A stretch of 64,000 nt of DNA. It comes from Patescibacteria group bacterium. Its GTDB lineage: Bacteria > Patescibacteriota > Microgenomatia > UBA1400 > PJMF01. Location of the stretch: positions 8,333-72,332 of the forward strand of contig JAZQJV010000010.1 of assembly GCA_045541795.1 (NCBI GenBank), read 5' to 3'. This document shows positions 45,901-56,060 of the stretch, in pieces. Every line of letters starts with the position of its first letter. The stretch's first letter is position 1. The notes under the pieces were generated by a model. That model searched no databases, was not told where the DNA came from, and was given only the letters and a program-made list of their open reading frames with translations. Made by a program: the position numbers and the translations under genes.

Positions 45901-47034
45901 ATGCTTTACTATATCAAAACCTACGGTTGTCAGGCAAATAAAGCTGAAAGCGAGCGACAAGCCGGCTTTTACGAATCCCAAGGTCACCAGGCTACCGATG
46001 ACTGGCACCAGGCCGATATTATTTACATCAATACTTGTTCTGTCCGTAAGGCTGCCGATGACCGCGTCTTCTCACTCCTCGATAGCATGCAAGCCTATTT
46101 TGGCGACATCTCCGCTGCCCGGCGTCCCCAGATCACCTTAGCTGGCTGTATGAACCGGTATCGCGACCGTTTGCGCGCCCGTTTCCCCATTCTGACCCAC
46201 ATCCAGTCAGTAGGGGAGACCAACTTTGCTTATCCCGCCAAGCGACAAGACAAAAATCAAGCATTTGTCCAAATTTCTTACGGCTGTAATTCTTTTTGTA
46301 CTTATTGCGTCGTCCCTTACGCCCGCGGTCGTGAGCAATCCCGGTCTTTTGCTGACGTCATGCGAGACGTCCACGAGGCGATAGATCAAGGTTATCACGA
46401 AATCACCCTTTTGGGCCAAAACGTCAACTCCTGGGGACTAGAAAAAGTCGCCATTGGTCAACGCAAAGAAGTTTTCCGCCAATCAGATCTGCCCGATAAC
46501 AGATCAGGTTACAGGCCATATGAAGGCTTACCGCCCTTTGTAGAACTTTTACGGGCCATCAGTGAGCTGCCCGCTGTCACCAAAATCCGTTTCCTCACTA
46601 GTAACCCCTGGGATTTTTACCCAGAACTCATCGATGAAGTCGGACGCAATAAGAAAATTGATCGTTACTTGCATTTACCTGTCCAATCAGGTTCTGACAG
46701 TGTCTTATCACGGATGAATCGCGGTTATACGGCTAGCGATTACCTAAATTTGCTCGGCAAACTCCGTGCCCTCGATCCCACGCTCCAGATCGGCACGGAT
46801 ATTATTGTGGGTTTTGCCGGTGAAACCGAGGCAGAATTCCAAGCCACACTAGATCTGGTCAACAAGGCCCAATTTATCGTTGCTTTTGTGGCCATGTATT
46901 CTGTCAGACCAGGCACGGTCGCAGCCAAAATCTACCCAGATACTGTCCCATACGAAGTCAAAAAGAGACGTTTTGAAATCTTAGATAAGATCATTAATAA
47001 GGATCAGCTGGCCACCCGGCCCACCATCGTTTGA
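45901..47034 (+). CDS. miaB: tRNA-i6A37 methylthiotransferase MiaB (radical SAM)
   Basis: IKTYGCQ(A)N N-terminal MTTase motif and CxxxCxxC radical-SAM motif (CTYCVVPYARGRE). Lies upstream of miaA. Confidence 0.85.
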   Translation: MLYYIKTYGCQANKAESERQAGFYESQGHQATDDWHQADIIYINTCSVRKAADDRVFSLLDSMQAYFGDISAARRPQITLAGCMNRYRDRLRARFPILTHIQSVGETNFAYPAKRQDKNQAFVQISYGCNSFCTYCVVPYARGREQSRSFADVMRDVHEAIDQGYHEITLLGQNVNSWGLEKVAIGQRKEVFRQSDLPDNRSGYRPYEGLPPFVELLRAISELPAVTKIRFLTSNPWDFYPELIDEVGRNKKIDRYLHLPVQSGSDSVLSRMNRGYTASDYLNLLGKLRALDPTLQIGTDIIVGFAGETEAEFQATLDLVNKAQFIVAFVAMYSVRPGTVAAKIYPDTVPYEVKKRRFEILDKIINKDQLATRPTIV

Positions 47035-47035
47035 T

Positions 47036-48028
47036 ATGTTCATGCTTAAGCCTGACCAACTACTTTCTATCGCTGGTCCTACTGGTACCGGCAAGACGGA
47101 TTTGGCTGCCACTCTCGCTTCCGCTTGGCTACAAGCGGGCAGGGGAGTGAGTGTTATTTCGCTGGATTCCCGCCAAGTCTACGCTGAATTTCCTCAGCTA
47201 AGCGTGGCCGATCTACCTATCTGGGAAAAACTACAAACAGCCTATCCATCCACCTTACACGTCTATAATCTCGCCACACTCCGCCTTCATGAAGACTGGT
47301 CTTTTGGTGTATTGCTCAATAGTGCCCGCGAGCAAGTCGGCTTGGCGAGGCGGCGCGCCGACCAGATTATCTTGGTGGGCGGCACTATTGTTTGTCACGA
47401 ACGCTTACTCCAAACCAGTGGTGATTTTACCAGCATCCCGCCAGATGACAACGTGCGCTTCGCGGCTGAAAACATGAGTGTGGAGGAGTTGCAGTCCTGG
47501 TTGGAGCGGCTAGACAACGACATGTACCAAAAAATGAACCAATCTGACGTTCACAATCCGCGCCGGCTCGTCCGTCATATCGAAATAGCACTAGCCACCA
47601 AGCTTCACCTCCCAGATCACTCCTTTCCCAGCCTTACACACATCACACAGCTGTGGTATCTGCCAGATGTTTCGCCGGAAAAACTACGTCCCCAAATATA
47701 CCAACGCGTACAAACAAGGTTTCATGACCCAGCCGTACGAGCCGAAGTCCGTCAAGTTTTAGCCGACTGGCCAGATATTCTTGATCAGCCCAAGATTTTA
47801 AACCGCACCCCACTGGGATTTACGCAGCTTGCGCTCCTAGAAAAAAACGAAATTGATGTGGCCACAGCACTCAAAGACTGGCAGCACGCCGAGTGGCAAT
47901 ATGCACGCCGACAGCTCACTTGGTGCCGCCGCCTAACCGCGGACCACCACCCCTACCTGATCAATCAACGGGAACTCTTGCCGGACAAAACGCCAGTAAG
48001 TCTCGGAAACATTAGTGGAGTAAACTGA
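47036..48028 (+). CDS. miaA: tRNA dimethylallyltransferase
   Basis: P-loop IAGPTGTGKTDLA. Confidence 0.9.
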   Translation: MFMLKPDQLLSIAGPTGTGKTDLAATLASAWLQAGRGVSVISLDSRQVYAEFPQLSVADLPIWEKLQTAYPSTLHVYNLATLRLHEDWSFGVLLNSAREQVGLARRRADQIILVGGTIVCHERLLQTSGDFTSIPPDDNVRFAAENMSVEELQSWLERLDNDMYQKMNQSDVHNPRRLVRHIEIALATKLHLPDHSFPSLTHITQLWYLPDVSPEKLRPQIYQRVQTRFHDPAVRAEVRQVLADWPDILDQPKILNRTPLGFTQLALLEKNEIDVATALKDWQHAEWQYARRQLTWCRRLTADHHPYLINQRELLPDKTPVSLGNISGVN

Positions 48029-48235
48029 GCGATTCGTCCGTTCCATCCCGCCGCAAAGCCGACGTTCATAAGCCCGCACTATACCCACAAAATCTCGGCC
48101 AATACGATTAAACTCTGCTCGATTAGCCTCAGCGTCCTCCTGGAATGCGGCGTGAATTTTACTAAATTCCTCATACAGCGGTTTTTGCTTTTCCTTAAGC
48201 ATCTCCCACATTTTTTGTGATTTCGATTTCGTCAT
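47933..48235 (-). CDS. hypothetical small charged helical protein
   Basis: 100-aa ORF with SD aggaaatt before the ATG. Its 3' end overlaps the 3' end of miaA by ~95 nt on the opposite strand. Confidence 0.3.
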   Translation of the reverse strand: MTKSKSQKMWEMLKEKQKPLYEEFSKIHAAFQEDAEANRAEFNRIGRDFVGIVRAYERRLCGGMERTNRSVYSTNVSETYWRFVRQEFPLIDQVGVVVRG

Positions 48236-48397
48236 AATTTCCTATTCTTCTTCAACTTTTTTACTTTAGTCTGGAGCGCATTTCGAGTATAAAAAAATAG
48301 CTCGCTATCCCGCGCTCATTTTTGTCATTATATCATACCTCCAGGCAGTGTCAAGAGGTAAAAAGACATCAAACAATATCAAAACGAGAAATTGAGA

Positions 48398-49141
48398 CTA
48401 ATTTTGGAACTTCACGGCATTACGCACCGCGATGTCACGAGAAAATTTTTCCGTAAATCCAGTTTCCTTAGAATTAAGCGAGCGACGCGCATAAGAAATA
48501 TCAAAACTGACGTTCACCGAATAACCATTAAGAAATGTGGGATCGTAAGTACATTTTACAGCAAAATTATTCACATTAAACCGTGCAGCGCCCGTAGAAC
48601 CTGGATTGGAGCGAGTAAGATTATACGTGCCGGCTTGATTTTTCAGCGCATTATTATTGGCAGAATGTGTAGTCCCCGTGGGATAGGTACTTACTTCATA
48701 CAACTGATTACCATCGCTAAAAACCCGCATCCGGTGCAAATAGTCGTTAGATAAATTTTCACCACGAAGATTAAATTTTATCGTGCCGCAGCCGCTACTC
48801 GTATGTCCTCCAGAATAAGCATCTTTAAACTCTGTCCAGTTGGCGGGGGTACTGCTCAAATTGCAAACGTCGCTACCGCTTGTACCCAATCGTCCGCAAA
48901 TATCCGGCAGCGTGATACTATTTCTCACTAGATACTCTATCCGATCAAGAGCATACTCACCTTCCTCCCGCATCCGGATACGCGCTTCCGTGCGAAATTT
49001 AAGTTGTAAAAAATTCCCCAAAAAGCCCATCATACTCGCACCCAATATCCCCATCACCGCCACCGCTACCAAAAGCTCCACCAGCGTGAAACCACCCTGG
49101 CGATCTGCAAAAACTCGTGAGGAAAAACTGCGCGTTTGCAT
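48398..49141 (-). CDS. type IV pilin-like protein (minor pilin/pseudopilin)
   Basis: Prepilin leader and N-terminal helix QGG|FTLVELLVAVAVMGIL. Confidence 0.7.
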   Translation of the reverse strand: MQTRSFSSRVFADRQGGFTLVELLVAVAVMGILGASMMGFLGNFLQLKFRTEARIRMREEGEYALDRIEYLVRNSITLPDICGRLGTSGSDVCNLSSTPANWTEFKDAYSGGHTSSGCGTIKFNLRGENLSNDYLHRMRVFSDGNQLYEVSTYPTGTTHSANNNALKNQAGTYNLTRSNPGSTGAARFNVNNFAVKCTYDPTFLNGYSVNVSFDISYARRSLNSKETGFTEKFSRDIAVRNAVKFQN

Positions 49142-49159
49142 CGTTACCTACCGTAGAAA

Positions 49160-49597
49160 TTACGGACCTTTTTTACAGAAAAACTTCGCAGAATCAGTCG
49201 GACCACTGCTACCCCAATTATCCTTTGAATTGGCGTTCGCAGTTAATTCCACATTTGCACACACCACATAAGTATTAGCGCCCGAAGTCGTGCTTGTCAG
49301 GTGGTAATAATAATCATAACCGCTAACCGTATCAGTTGGCCATTCATTGAGCAATTTATCTCCCGAAGTCAAGGTTGTTTTGACACTAGCTTCAGCCGGC
49401 AGATTCCCATTATTTTCCGCCCAGTAAATATCCAAAGCACTGGCAATATCGTCCACATTTGATTTACGCCGCGCATCCCGCGCATTTTTGAGCGCCCGCA
49501 CGTATGACGTCGTCCCCAAAGTCCCTAAAATACCAATAATTGCCACCACCACTAGCAACTCAATTAAAGTGAATGCCGCTAAAGTTTTTTTTGTCAT
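49160..49597 (-). CDS. type IV pilin
   Basis: N-terminus MTKKTLAA|FTLIELLVVVAIIGIL; Ala rather than Gly at -1. Confidence 0.75.
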   Translation of the reverse strand: MTKKTLAAFTLIELLVVVAIIGILGTLGTTSYVRALKNARDARRKSNVDDIASALDIYWAENNGNLPAEASVKTTLTSGDKLLNEWPTDTVSGYDYYYHLTSTTSGANTYVVCANVELTANANSKDNWGSSGPTDSAKFFCKKGP

Positions 49598-49636
49598 GTT
49601 TTCTTTTCTATTTACCTTCATTTTTTATCATTTGTC

Positions 49637-50080
49637 TTACGGATTTGTCAAGCAGTAATAAGTGCCCTTAGCTGCCGAAGTAAAAGTGCAATTACTGGTA
49701 TTATACGCGGACGCATTACCTTGATTATTTTCCATTTTTGCACAAATCACAAATTTCTTATTCGAACTGCATGTGACGTAATACTTATACACGTAATCGC
49801 CAGTATTGAGCGGATCAACTGGAGTAGTCGCCAAATAATTACTGCCTACATTCTTCCAATTTTGCGTCGCGCTTCCAGCTGAAGCTGGATAATTTGTATT
49901 CTCATACCGATACATCACCAACGCCTGCTGGATATTAGCAATATCCGACTTACGCCGGCCGTCACGGCCGTTTTTGAGCGCCCGCACGTAACTCGTCACG
50001 CCCGCCGCCGTCAACACGCCGATAATTGTCACCGTCACCAAAATTTCTATAAGTGTAAATGCTTTTTTCCTGCCTTGCAT
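49637..50080 (-). CDS. type IV pilin
   Basis: N-terminus MQGRKKA|FTLIEILVTVTIIGVL; Ala at -1. Confidence 0.75.
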   Translation of the reverse strand: MQGRKKAFTLIEILVTVTIIGVLTAAGVTSYVRALKNGRDGRRKSDIANIQQALVMYRYENTNYPASAGSATQNWKNVGSNYLATTPVDPLNTGDYVYKYYVTCSSNKKFVICAKMENNQGNASAYNTSNCTFTSAAKGTYYCLTNP

Positions 50081-50125
50081 GTGTACATAGTAACACATTT
50101 TCACTCACTCGTCAATGGGTAAATT

Positions 50126-51022
50126 TCACCCACCCATCACTAGTCGCCACAAATCCTCACCCACAAAATAACTCACCAAAAAAGCACTCACGATAAACGG
50201 CAAAAATGCCACCGTCAATTTGTCTGTCGGCAGCCGGGCCAGTTTCAAAAAAACCAACACCAAGACACTCACCACCGCCCCGATCCAAAAAGCCAACAAA
50301 AACATCACGACCACTTGCACGGGTGAGAGCCACCACGCCAAAATCATCACCAATACCGTGTCACCCAGGCCGATCCCTGCCTTGCCCAGAAAACGGCGTG
50401 AAAGCCGATCTATCAGCCAAAAAGCGCCGCCTACAGCCAGGCAGCCTGCCAGACTGACCCCAAAATCACTCACCGTCAAACTACCATAACCCAAGCACGA
50501 CCCCCAGCGCGCTAGCGTCAAACCGACCACCGTCCACAACCAACCGTTAGCAATTGACTGGCGCTGGACATCCACCAGCGCTACCCACAAAAGTACTGCC
50601 CCCAGCAGCAGCATCAAAATCGCCTCCAGGAGCGCTAACCATTGCCCAGCCACACTCCCATATTGCGGCAACACTGCCAGATTAGTCACGTCCGCATACT
50701 CCGCCATTGGGCACACCCGCCACCACCAAAAAACCGCCCACGCCGCCAGCAGACATTCCCAGGCAAAATATATCCCGGGTATCCGTGCGCGACAATAATG
50801 GCACCGCCCTCGCAAAAAAAGATAAGAAAGGAGGGGAATATTTTGCCACCAGGCGATCTGATGACCACAAGTATCACACTCACTCCGGCCTTTTACCCAG
50901 CCACGCCCATGCTCGCGTCGGTAAGCAACCAACGCCCAAAAACTCGCGAAGATCGCACCAAAAGCGGCCACCACCACACTTTGCCCCAAATTTACCAGCT
51001 GCAAAAAAGTCATTCCTGTCAT
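50126..51022 (-). CDS. pilD: prepilin peptidase (A24 family)
   Basis: N-terminal CxxC...CxxC zinc-binding motif (CDTCGH...CHYCRARI) and polytopic membrane domain. Confidence 0.9.
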   Translation of the reverse strand: MTGMTFLQLVNLGQSVVVAAFGAIFASFWALVAYRREHGRGWVKGRSECDTCGHQIAWWQNIPLLSYLFLRGRCHYCRARIPGIYFAWECLLAAWAVFWWWRVCPMAEYADVTNLAVLPQYGSVAGQWLALLEAILMLLLGAVLLWVALVDVQRQSIANGWLWTVVGLTLARWGSCLGYGSLTVSDFGVSLAGCLAVGGAFWLIDRLSRRFLGKAGIGLGDTVLVMILAWWLSPVQVVVMFLLAFWIGAVVSVLVLVFLKLARLPTDKLTVAFLPFIVSAFLVSYFVGEDLWRLVMGG

Positions 51023-51144
51023 GCGGGTATTTTACCACTGTTTTACGCCCTCGGGAGGGCAAATTTTAGCCGGTTTTACTTGCAATATTATAGGACTTTG
51101 ACCCATTTTCGCCCCAATTTTCCAGGCAGAAATATAGCAAATTA

Positions 51145-51201
51145 TCCTATAATATATTTTTACGTATCAATTTAGCCTGGAGTATCCAAAATATTATAGG
51201 A
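51145..51201. repeat. inverted repeat TCCTATAATAT ... ATATTATAGGA (11-bp arms, 35-nt spacer) between pilC and pilD
   Basis: Arms at 51145-51155 and 51191-51201. The same 11-mer recurs at 45770 and (as its reverse complement) at 51085. Confidence 0.5.
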
Positions 51202-51205
51202 TTTA

Positions 51206-52414
51206 CTAGACCGAAATTGAATCCGTGAGCTGGTAGATCGGCAAGATGATCGCGATCACCAAGAAGGCCACCACCAAACCCAAAATCACCATCAGGATTG
51301 GCTCAAAGGCCGCCATCAAACCGTCAATTGCCGTAGAAGCTTCATTGTGGAAGTACTTGGAAAGCTTAGCTAAAATCTCATCGAGTTTACCGGTTTCTTC
51401 ACCCACCTTGATCATCTGAGACATGATCATCGGGAATTCATCATAGCCTTCAATGGCTGTCCCAAAAGAAATACCTTTTTCCACCTTTTCTTGGATCTCC
51501 TTGAAATTATCCCGCAAAATAATACTGTTGACAGATTCTGAGGCCAGATCAAGACTTTCCACTAACGGCACACCGGAACGGACCAGCATTGCTAGCGTCT
51601 GAGTGTAATTTGTCAGCGTCACTTTTCGCGATAAATCACCATAAATCGGCACTTTACCCAAGAAGCGATCTACGATCCGTTTGGCATCGGGATTTTGATA
51701 CCACACCCAAAAAACTGCGACCACCACACCGATAATCGTGAGCATCAGCCACCAGTAATCAGTGAAAAATTTGGAAATCCACATCAAAATCCGCGTCGGC
51801 AGCGGTAATTCCGCACCAAATTCTTCAAACACCTCGATTAATTTGGGGATCACCACGGTCATCATCACGATGACCACGCCCACCATCACCACCAAGACCA
51901 CCGCCGGATAAATCAAAGCGCCCAGTACCTTAGAGCGGAATTCATCTTGGTTTTCCATCGTGTCTGCTAAGCGATTGAGCACAATATCCAGCGAACCGGA
52001 AGACTCACCTGCTTGCACCAAATAGATGTACGACTTATCAAAAGCCTTGGGATGTTTTTCTAGCGCTTGAGCAAAACTTTTGCCCGACTCCAAGTCATGC
52101 AAAATTTCTTCCAAAACGATCCGCACATCAGGAGTAGACTGTTGGATGAGGATACTGATACCAGTCGTGAGCGTGAGACCAGACTCCACAATCGCCGCCA
52201 ACTGCTTGGTGAAGATCACCACGTCGTCAAACTTCATCTGACCCTTGTGGCCGCCCACTTTGAGAACATTACCCTCCACTACTGGCTCGATGCTGATGAT
52301 AAAAAGCCCTTTTTGCTGCAAAGTCTCAGCAGCGCGAGTGATGTTGACCGCTTCCACTTTACCTTTTTGGACTTTACCTGATTGAGTTTTGACACGATAA
52401 TCAAAAAATGGCAT
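51206..52414 (-). CDS. pilC: type IV pilus assembly platform protein PilC (GspF family)
   Basis: Two GspF repeats and three TM segments. Confidence 0.9.
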   Translation of the reverse strand: MPFFDYRVKTQSGKVQKGKVEAVNITRAAETLQQKGLFIISIEPVVEGNVLKVGGHKGQMKFDDVVIFTKQLAAIVESGLTLTTGISILIQQSTPDVRIVLEEILHDLESGKSFAQALEKHPKAFDKSYIYLVQAGESSGSLDIVLNRLADTMENQDEFRSKVLGALIYPAVVLVVMVGVVIVMMTVVIPKLIEVFEEFGAELPLPTRILMWISKFFTDYWWLMLTIIGVVVAVFWVWYQNPDAKRIVDRFLGKVPIYGDLSRKVTLTNYTQTLAMLVRSGVPLVESLDLASESVNSIILRDNFKEIQEKVEKGISFGTAIEGYDEFPMIMSQMIKVGEETGKLDEILAKLSKYFHNEASTAIDGLMAAFEPILMVILGLVVAFLVIAIILPIYQLTDSISV

Positions 52415-52415
52415 T

Positions 52416-53480
52416 TTAAGCTCCTCCCAACATTCTGCTCATCTGTCCTGGCCGGAAAGCAGTCCTGAGAGCATCTTCTCTGGTGATAATATTGCGACTA
52501 ACCAGATCATACAGCGAGGTCTCAATAAGCATATTACCTTCAGCCGCCGTGGTCTGTAAAATGTTATCAATCTGGAAAGTCTTCGCCTCACGGATCAGGT
52601 TGCGGATACCGCTATTGACAGACATCACCTCAAAAGCTGCCACCCGTCCGCCACCAATACGTTTGAGCAGACGCTGTGACACTACCGCTTCCAGCGACGC
52701 CGCCACCTGCTGGCGGATCTGTTCTTGCTGAGCACCCGGGAACGTGTCAATAATACGGTCAATCGTCTGCCCGGCGGTAGCCGTGTGCAAAGTAGCGAGC
52801 ACTAAGTGACCAGTTTCGGCCACCGTGATCGCCATCGCCATCGTCTCATAGTCACGCATTTCGCCCACCAGTACCACATTTGGATCTTGCCGGAGCGCGG
52901 ATTTAAGTGCCACTGCCCAGCTTTGAGTATCTTGATTTAGCTCACGCTGGGAAATAATACTTTGTTTGGGCTCGTAAATAAACTCGATCGGATCTTCAAT
53001 GGTCAAAATGTGTTCATTACGAGTAGAATTAATCCGATCAATCAAAGCAGCCAGTGACGTGGATTTACCTTCGCCCGTCGGGCCGGTTACCAGCACCAAG
53101 CCTTGTTTTTTTGTCGCCAGCATCTGGAAAATGGGTGGCAAATTCAGTTCTTCGATCGTCAAAATCTTCGACGGAATCAAACGCAATGCCGCCGCTTTTT
53201 TACCTTTAGCCATGTACACGTTGACACGGAAACGACCTTTATCCTCATGCTGATAAGCAAAATCCCATTCATTTCTTTCTTTAAACATTTTAATTTGTTG
53301 CTCATTCATCAGCGGATCGATCAAAATATCCAATTCTTGTGCCCCCAGCGCCGGTACACCGGGCACTGCCACCAAATCACCGTCCACCCGCAAAATCGGA
53401 GGCACTCCCGCGATCAAGTGGATGTCTGATCCGCGCTGTTCTACAAGCATGTCTAAGATATTAAATATATTCATAGTCAC
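52416..53480 (-). CDS. pilT: twitching-motility retraction ATPase PilT
   Basis: Walker A GPTGEGKST, and His box with ATLHTATAGQTIDRI. The true start may be MNIF, 6 nt downstream. Confidence 0.9.
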   Translation of the reverse strand: MTMNIFNILDMLVEQRGSDIHLIAGVPPILRVDGDLVAVPGVPALGAQELDILIDPLMNEQQIKMFKERNEWDFAYQHEDKGRFRVNVYMAKGKKAAALRLIPSKILTIEELNLPPIFQMLATKKQGLVLVTGPTGEGKSTSLAALIDRINSTRNEHILTIEDPIEFIYEPKQSIISQRELNQDTQSWAVALKSALRQDPNVVLVGEMRDYETMAMAITVAETGHLVLATLHTATAGQTIDRIIDTFPGAQQEQIRQQVAASLEAVVSQRLLKRIGGGRVAAFEVMSVNSGIRNLIREAKTFQIDNILQTTAAEGNMLIETSLYDLVSRNIITREDALRTAFRPGQMSRMLGGA

Positions 53481-53510
53481 TTACCAGTCTATCAAGTTTC
53501 CTCACGTTTG

Positions 53511-55253
53511 TCAAGTCTCAGCCACACGCAAAACTTCTTCTATCGTCGTGATTCCTTCCAAAGCTTTGATAAATCCATCCTGTTTCATCAATAACATCCC
53601 CTGATCAAGGGCGACCTTTTCCAGTTCTACGGCCGGACGATTTTGCACGATCAGCGATTGAATTTCTGGGCTGATCGCCATCACTTCAAAAATAGCGATC
53701 CGTCCTTTAAAACCTTCTTCCTTTTCTTTCAGATCCTGACGCGGCCGCTTGAGCATCAGCTGATCCACCGTGATCCCTTTTTGCTGTAGCCAAGCGTCAA
53801 AATGACGACCCAAAACTTTTTGCAGCTGCGCTATTTCTTCGGGTGACGGTTTGTAGGACTCCGCATATTCGGGATTGAGCCGGCGAGTGACACGCTGAGC
53901 CATCACCAGCGTCACTGATGAAGACAGCAAAAACGGTTCGATACCCATATCCGTGAGCCGCGGCAAAGCGCCAGCGGCAGAATTTGTATGCAGTGTAGAA
54001 AACACTTTGTGACCAGTGAGTGATGCTTGCACCGCCAAGCCAGCCGTCTCCTGATCGCGGATTTCACCAACCATGATAATGTCTGGATCCTGACGTAAAA
54101 ACGCACGAAGTGCCATTGCAAAAGTCAGGCCCGCCTGATTGTTTACCTGTACCTGGCTGATACCCGCCATTTCGTATTCCACCGGATCTTCCACCGTGAG
54201 ACAATTGACGCCGACTGTATTGACAATGTGCAAAGCAGAGTAGAGAGTAGTCGTTTTACCAGAACCAGTCGGCCCCGTCACCAAAATAATTCCCTGTGGT
54301 ACTTTGAGTGCTTGGTTAAAATTTTTCAAAGCCAAGCCAGACATACCCAGCTCTTCCATCGTGGGCGTGCGCTCTTGCTTACGCAAAAGCCGGATCACAA
54401 TTTTTTCGCCCATCACCGTGGGCAGGGTAGAAATACGCAAATCCACATCACCCTTATCCGAACTAAAACCAAAACGTCCATCCTGCGGCACCCGTTTTTC
54501 GTCAATTTTTAGCCGAGATAAAATCTTAATCCTTGACACGAGTGAGTCCAGTACATTACGCGGCAAAATCAGCTTTTCTACCAAAATACCATCTATCCGA
54601 TAGCGCACCCGGATACGGTTGGCTTGCGGTTCGATGTGAATATCCGAAGCGCCTGATCCCACGGCAAAACCCAAAATCTGCTCCACAATTTTGGCAATTG
54701 GAGCCTGACGAATAATACCTTCACTCGAAAGTTCCGAAAAATTTTGTACGGATGCGGCTTTCACCACGTTGTCAGTTTCAGCCAAAGCTTCATTCACCTC
54801 TTCAGAGAGATTATTATTGTAAGCCTCCTCCATCATCGACATGATGTCAGTTTTATTGGCGTAGTGAGGTACGATCCGTTTCCCAGTTTTTTGTGTCATG
54901 AATTGGATGGCCGCAATATCCAAAGGATTGACCATTGCCACCATCAAAGTATTATTGATCTGATCAATAGCAAAAGGAAACATCATGTAACGACGTGCCA
55001 GTTCCAGGTCAAAAGCAGCCAGCGCTTCCGGCGCCGCACCTACTTCACGAAGACGCACGATCGGTATATTATTCATCGCCGAGAGCGCCGACGTGATATC
55101 GGATTCACTCACGAGTCCCGAAGCCGCCACCATATCTTCTAGTGACTGTCCACTGCTGCGTAGCTGCTGGATTTGTAAATTTGAGTACTGATTTTGATCA
55201 ATTTTGCCGGCCTCCAACAAAAAATCTAAAATATTCTTGTTCTCTTTTAGCAT
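53511..55253 (-). CDS. pilB: type IV pilus assembly ATPase PilB (GspE family)
   Basis: N-terminal GSPII_E domain; Walker A GPTGSGKTT. Leaderless, with a -10 box 6 nt upstream. Confidence 0.9.
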   Translation of the reverse strand: MLKENKNILDFLLEAGKIDQNQYSNLQIQQLRSSGQSLEDMVAASGLVSESDITSALSAMNNIPIVRLREVGAAPEALAAFDLELARRYMMFPFAIDQINNTLMVAMVNPLDIAAIQFMTQKTGKRIVPHYANKTDIMSMMEEAYNNNLSEEVNEALAETDNVVKAASVQNFSELSSEGIIRQAPIAKIVEQILGFAVGSGASDIHIEPQANRIRVRYRIDGILVEKLILPRNVLDSLVSRIKILSRLKIDEKRVPQDGRFGFSSDKGDVDLRISTLPTVMGEKIVIRLLRKQERTPTMEELGMSGLALKNFNQALKVPQGIILVTGPTGSGKTTTLYSALHIVNTVGVNCLTVEDPVEYEMAGISQVQVNNQAGLTFAMALRAFLRQDPDIIMVGEIRDQETAGLAVQASLTGHKVFSTLHTNSAAGALPRLTDMGIEPFLLSSSVTLVMAQRVTRRLNPEYAESYKPSPEEIAQLQKVLGRHFDAWLQQKGITVDQLMLKRPRQDLKEKEEGFKGRIAIFEVMAISPEIQSLIVQNRPAVELEKVALDQGMLLMKQDGFIKALEGITTIEEVLRVAET

Positions 55254-55259
55254 TTTTTC

Positions 55260-55265
55260 ATTATA
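55260..55265 (-). promoter_or_regulatory. -10 TATAAT, 6 nt before the pilB ATG
   Basis: The reverse complement of 55254-55270 reads tattatataatgaaaaa, then ATG. Confidence 0.45.
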
Positions 55266-55300
55266 TAATAAAAGAAATTCAAACGCAAGAGGACGAAACT

Positions 55301-56050
55301 ATGCAAAGTACCTTATTCATTACCAAAAACCACGCCACGGATGAAAATTCCTGGAGACAATATTTAAGCGACAAATTATCACTCGATCAGCACAACATCA
55401 GCCCTGCCGCCTGGAATTTTGTCAATTTCCCGGGCAAACTCTACATTGATGATGTCCGCGCCCTCCAAGAGCACCTCGCTCAAGCCGGCCACGCTGCGCG
55501 GGTCTTTGTGCTTACCGATATGCAAGATACATCAAGCGTTGTCCAAAACTCACTCCTCAAAATCCTAGAAGAGCCACCGGCGGGCGTGTTCTTCATCCTT
55601 ACAACTACCAGCCGGGGGACGATTATAGACACTATCTGCTCGCGCTGCCAGATCGTGCATGACACGGGCTTACCACCAGCCGATCTCGATCTTTTCCCGT
55701 CACTTGAAGACCTACAATTTTCCACGTGGCCGAGCTTAGACGCGTCCGCACTGGCTTACATTATCACGGAAAATTTCAGCAAAAACCAAACCGCGCTCAA
55801 GAAAAAAGCCCCAGATTATTCCATGACGGCCATTAGCATCTTAGCTTTTGAAGCCTACACTCAGCAAATTTTAGCCGATTTACCAGGAAAAAATGACATC
55901 AATTACCAAGTACGCCTCTTACGCGCGTTTACCGCCGCCATCACTCTCCTGAGCGCCAATGTCAGCCCCAAAAACGTCTACTATGCCACCGCCATCAGCA
56001 TCTGTGAGCCAGAAATACCGGCTCCGCTTCCAGCGCGGATAGATAAATAA
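55301..56050 (+). CDS. holB: DNA polymerase III delta' subunit
   Basis: LLKILEEPP motif. Start at the ATG preceded by SD aagagga; the track's upstream extension overlaps pilB. Confidence 0.75.
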   Translation: MQSTLFITKNHATDENSWRQYLSDKLSLDQHNISPAAWNFVNFPGKLYIDDVRALQEHLAQAGHAARVFVLTDMQDTSSVVQNSLLKILEEPPAGVFFILTTTSRGTIIDTICSRCQIVHDTGLPPADLDLFPSLEDLQFSTWPSLDASALAYIITENFSKNQTALKKKAPDYSMTAISILAFEAYTQQILADLPGKNDINYQVRLLRAFTAAITLLSANVSPKNVYYATAISICEPEIPAPLPARIDK

Positions 56051-56060
56051 AACTTGAGCT

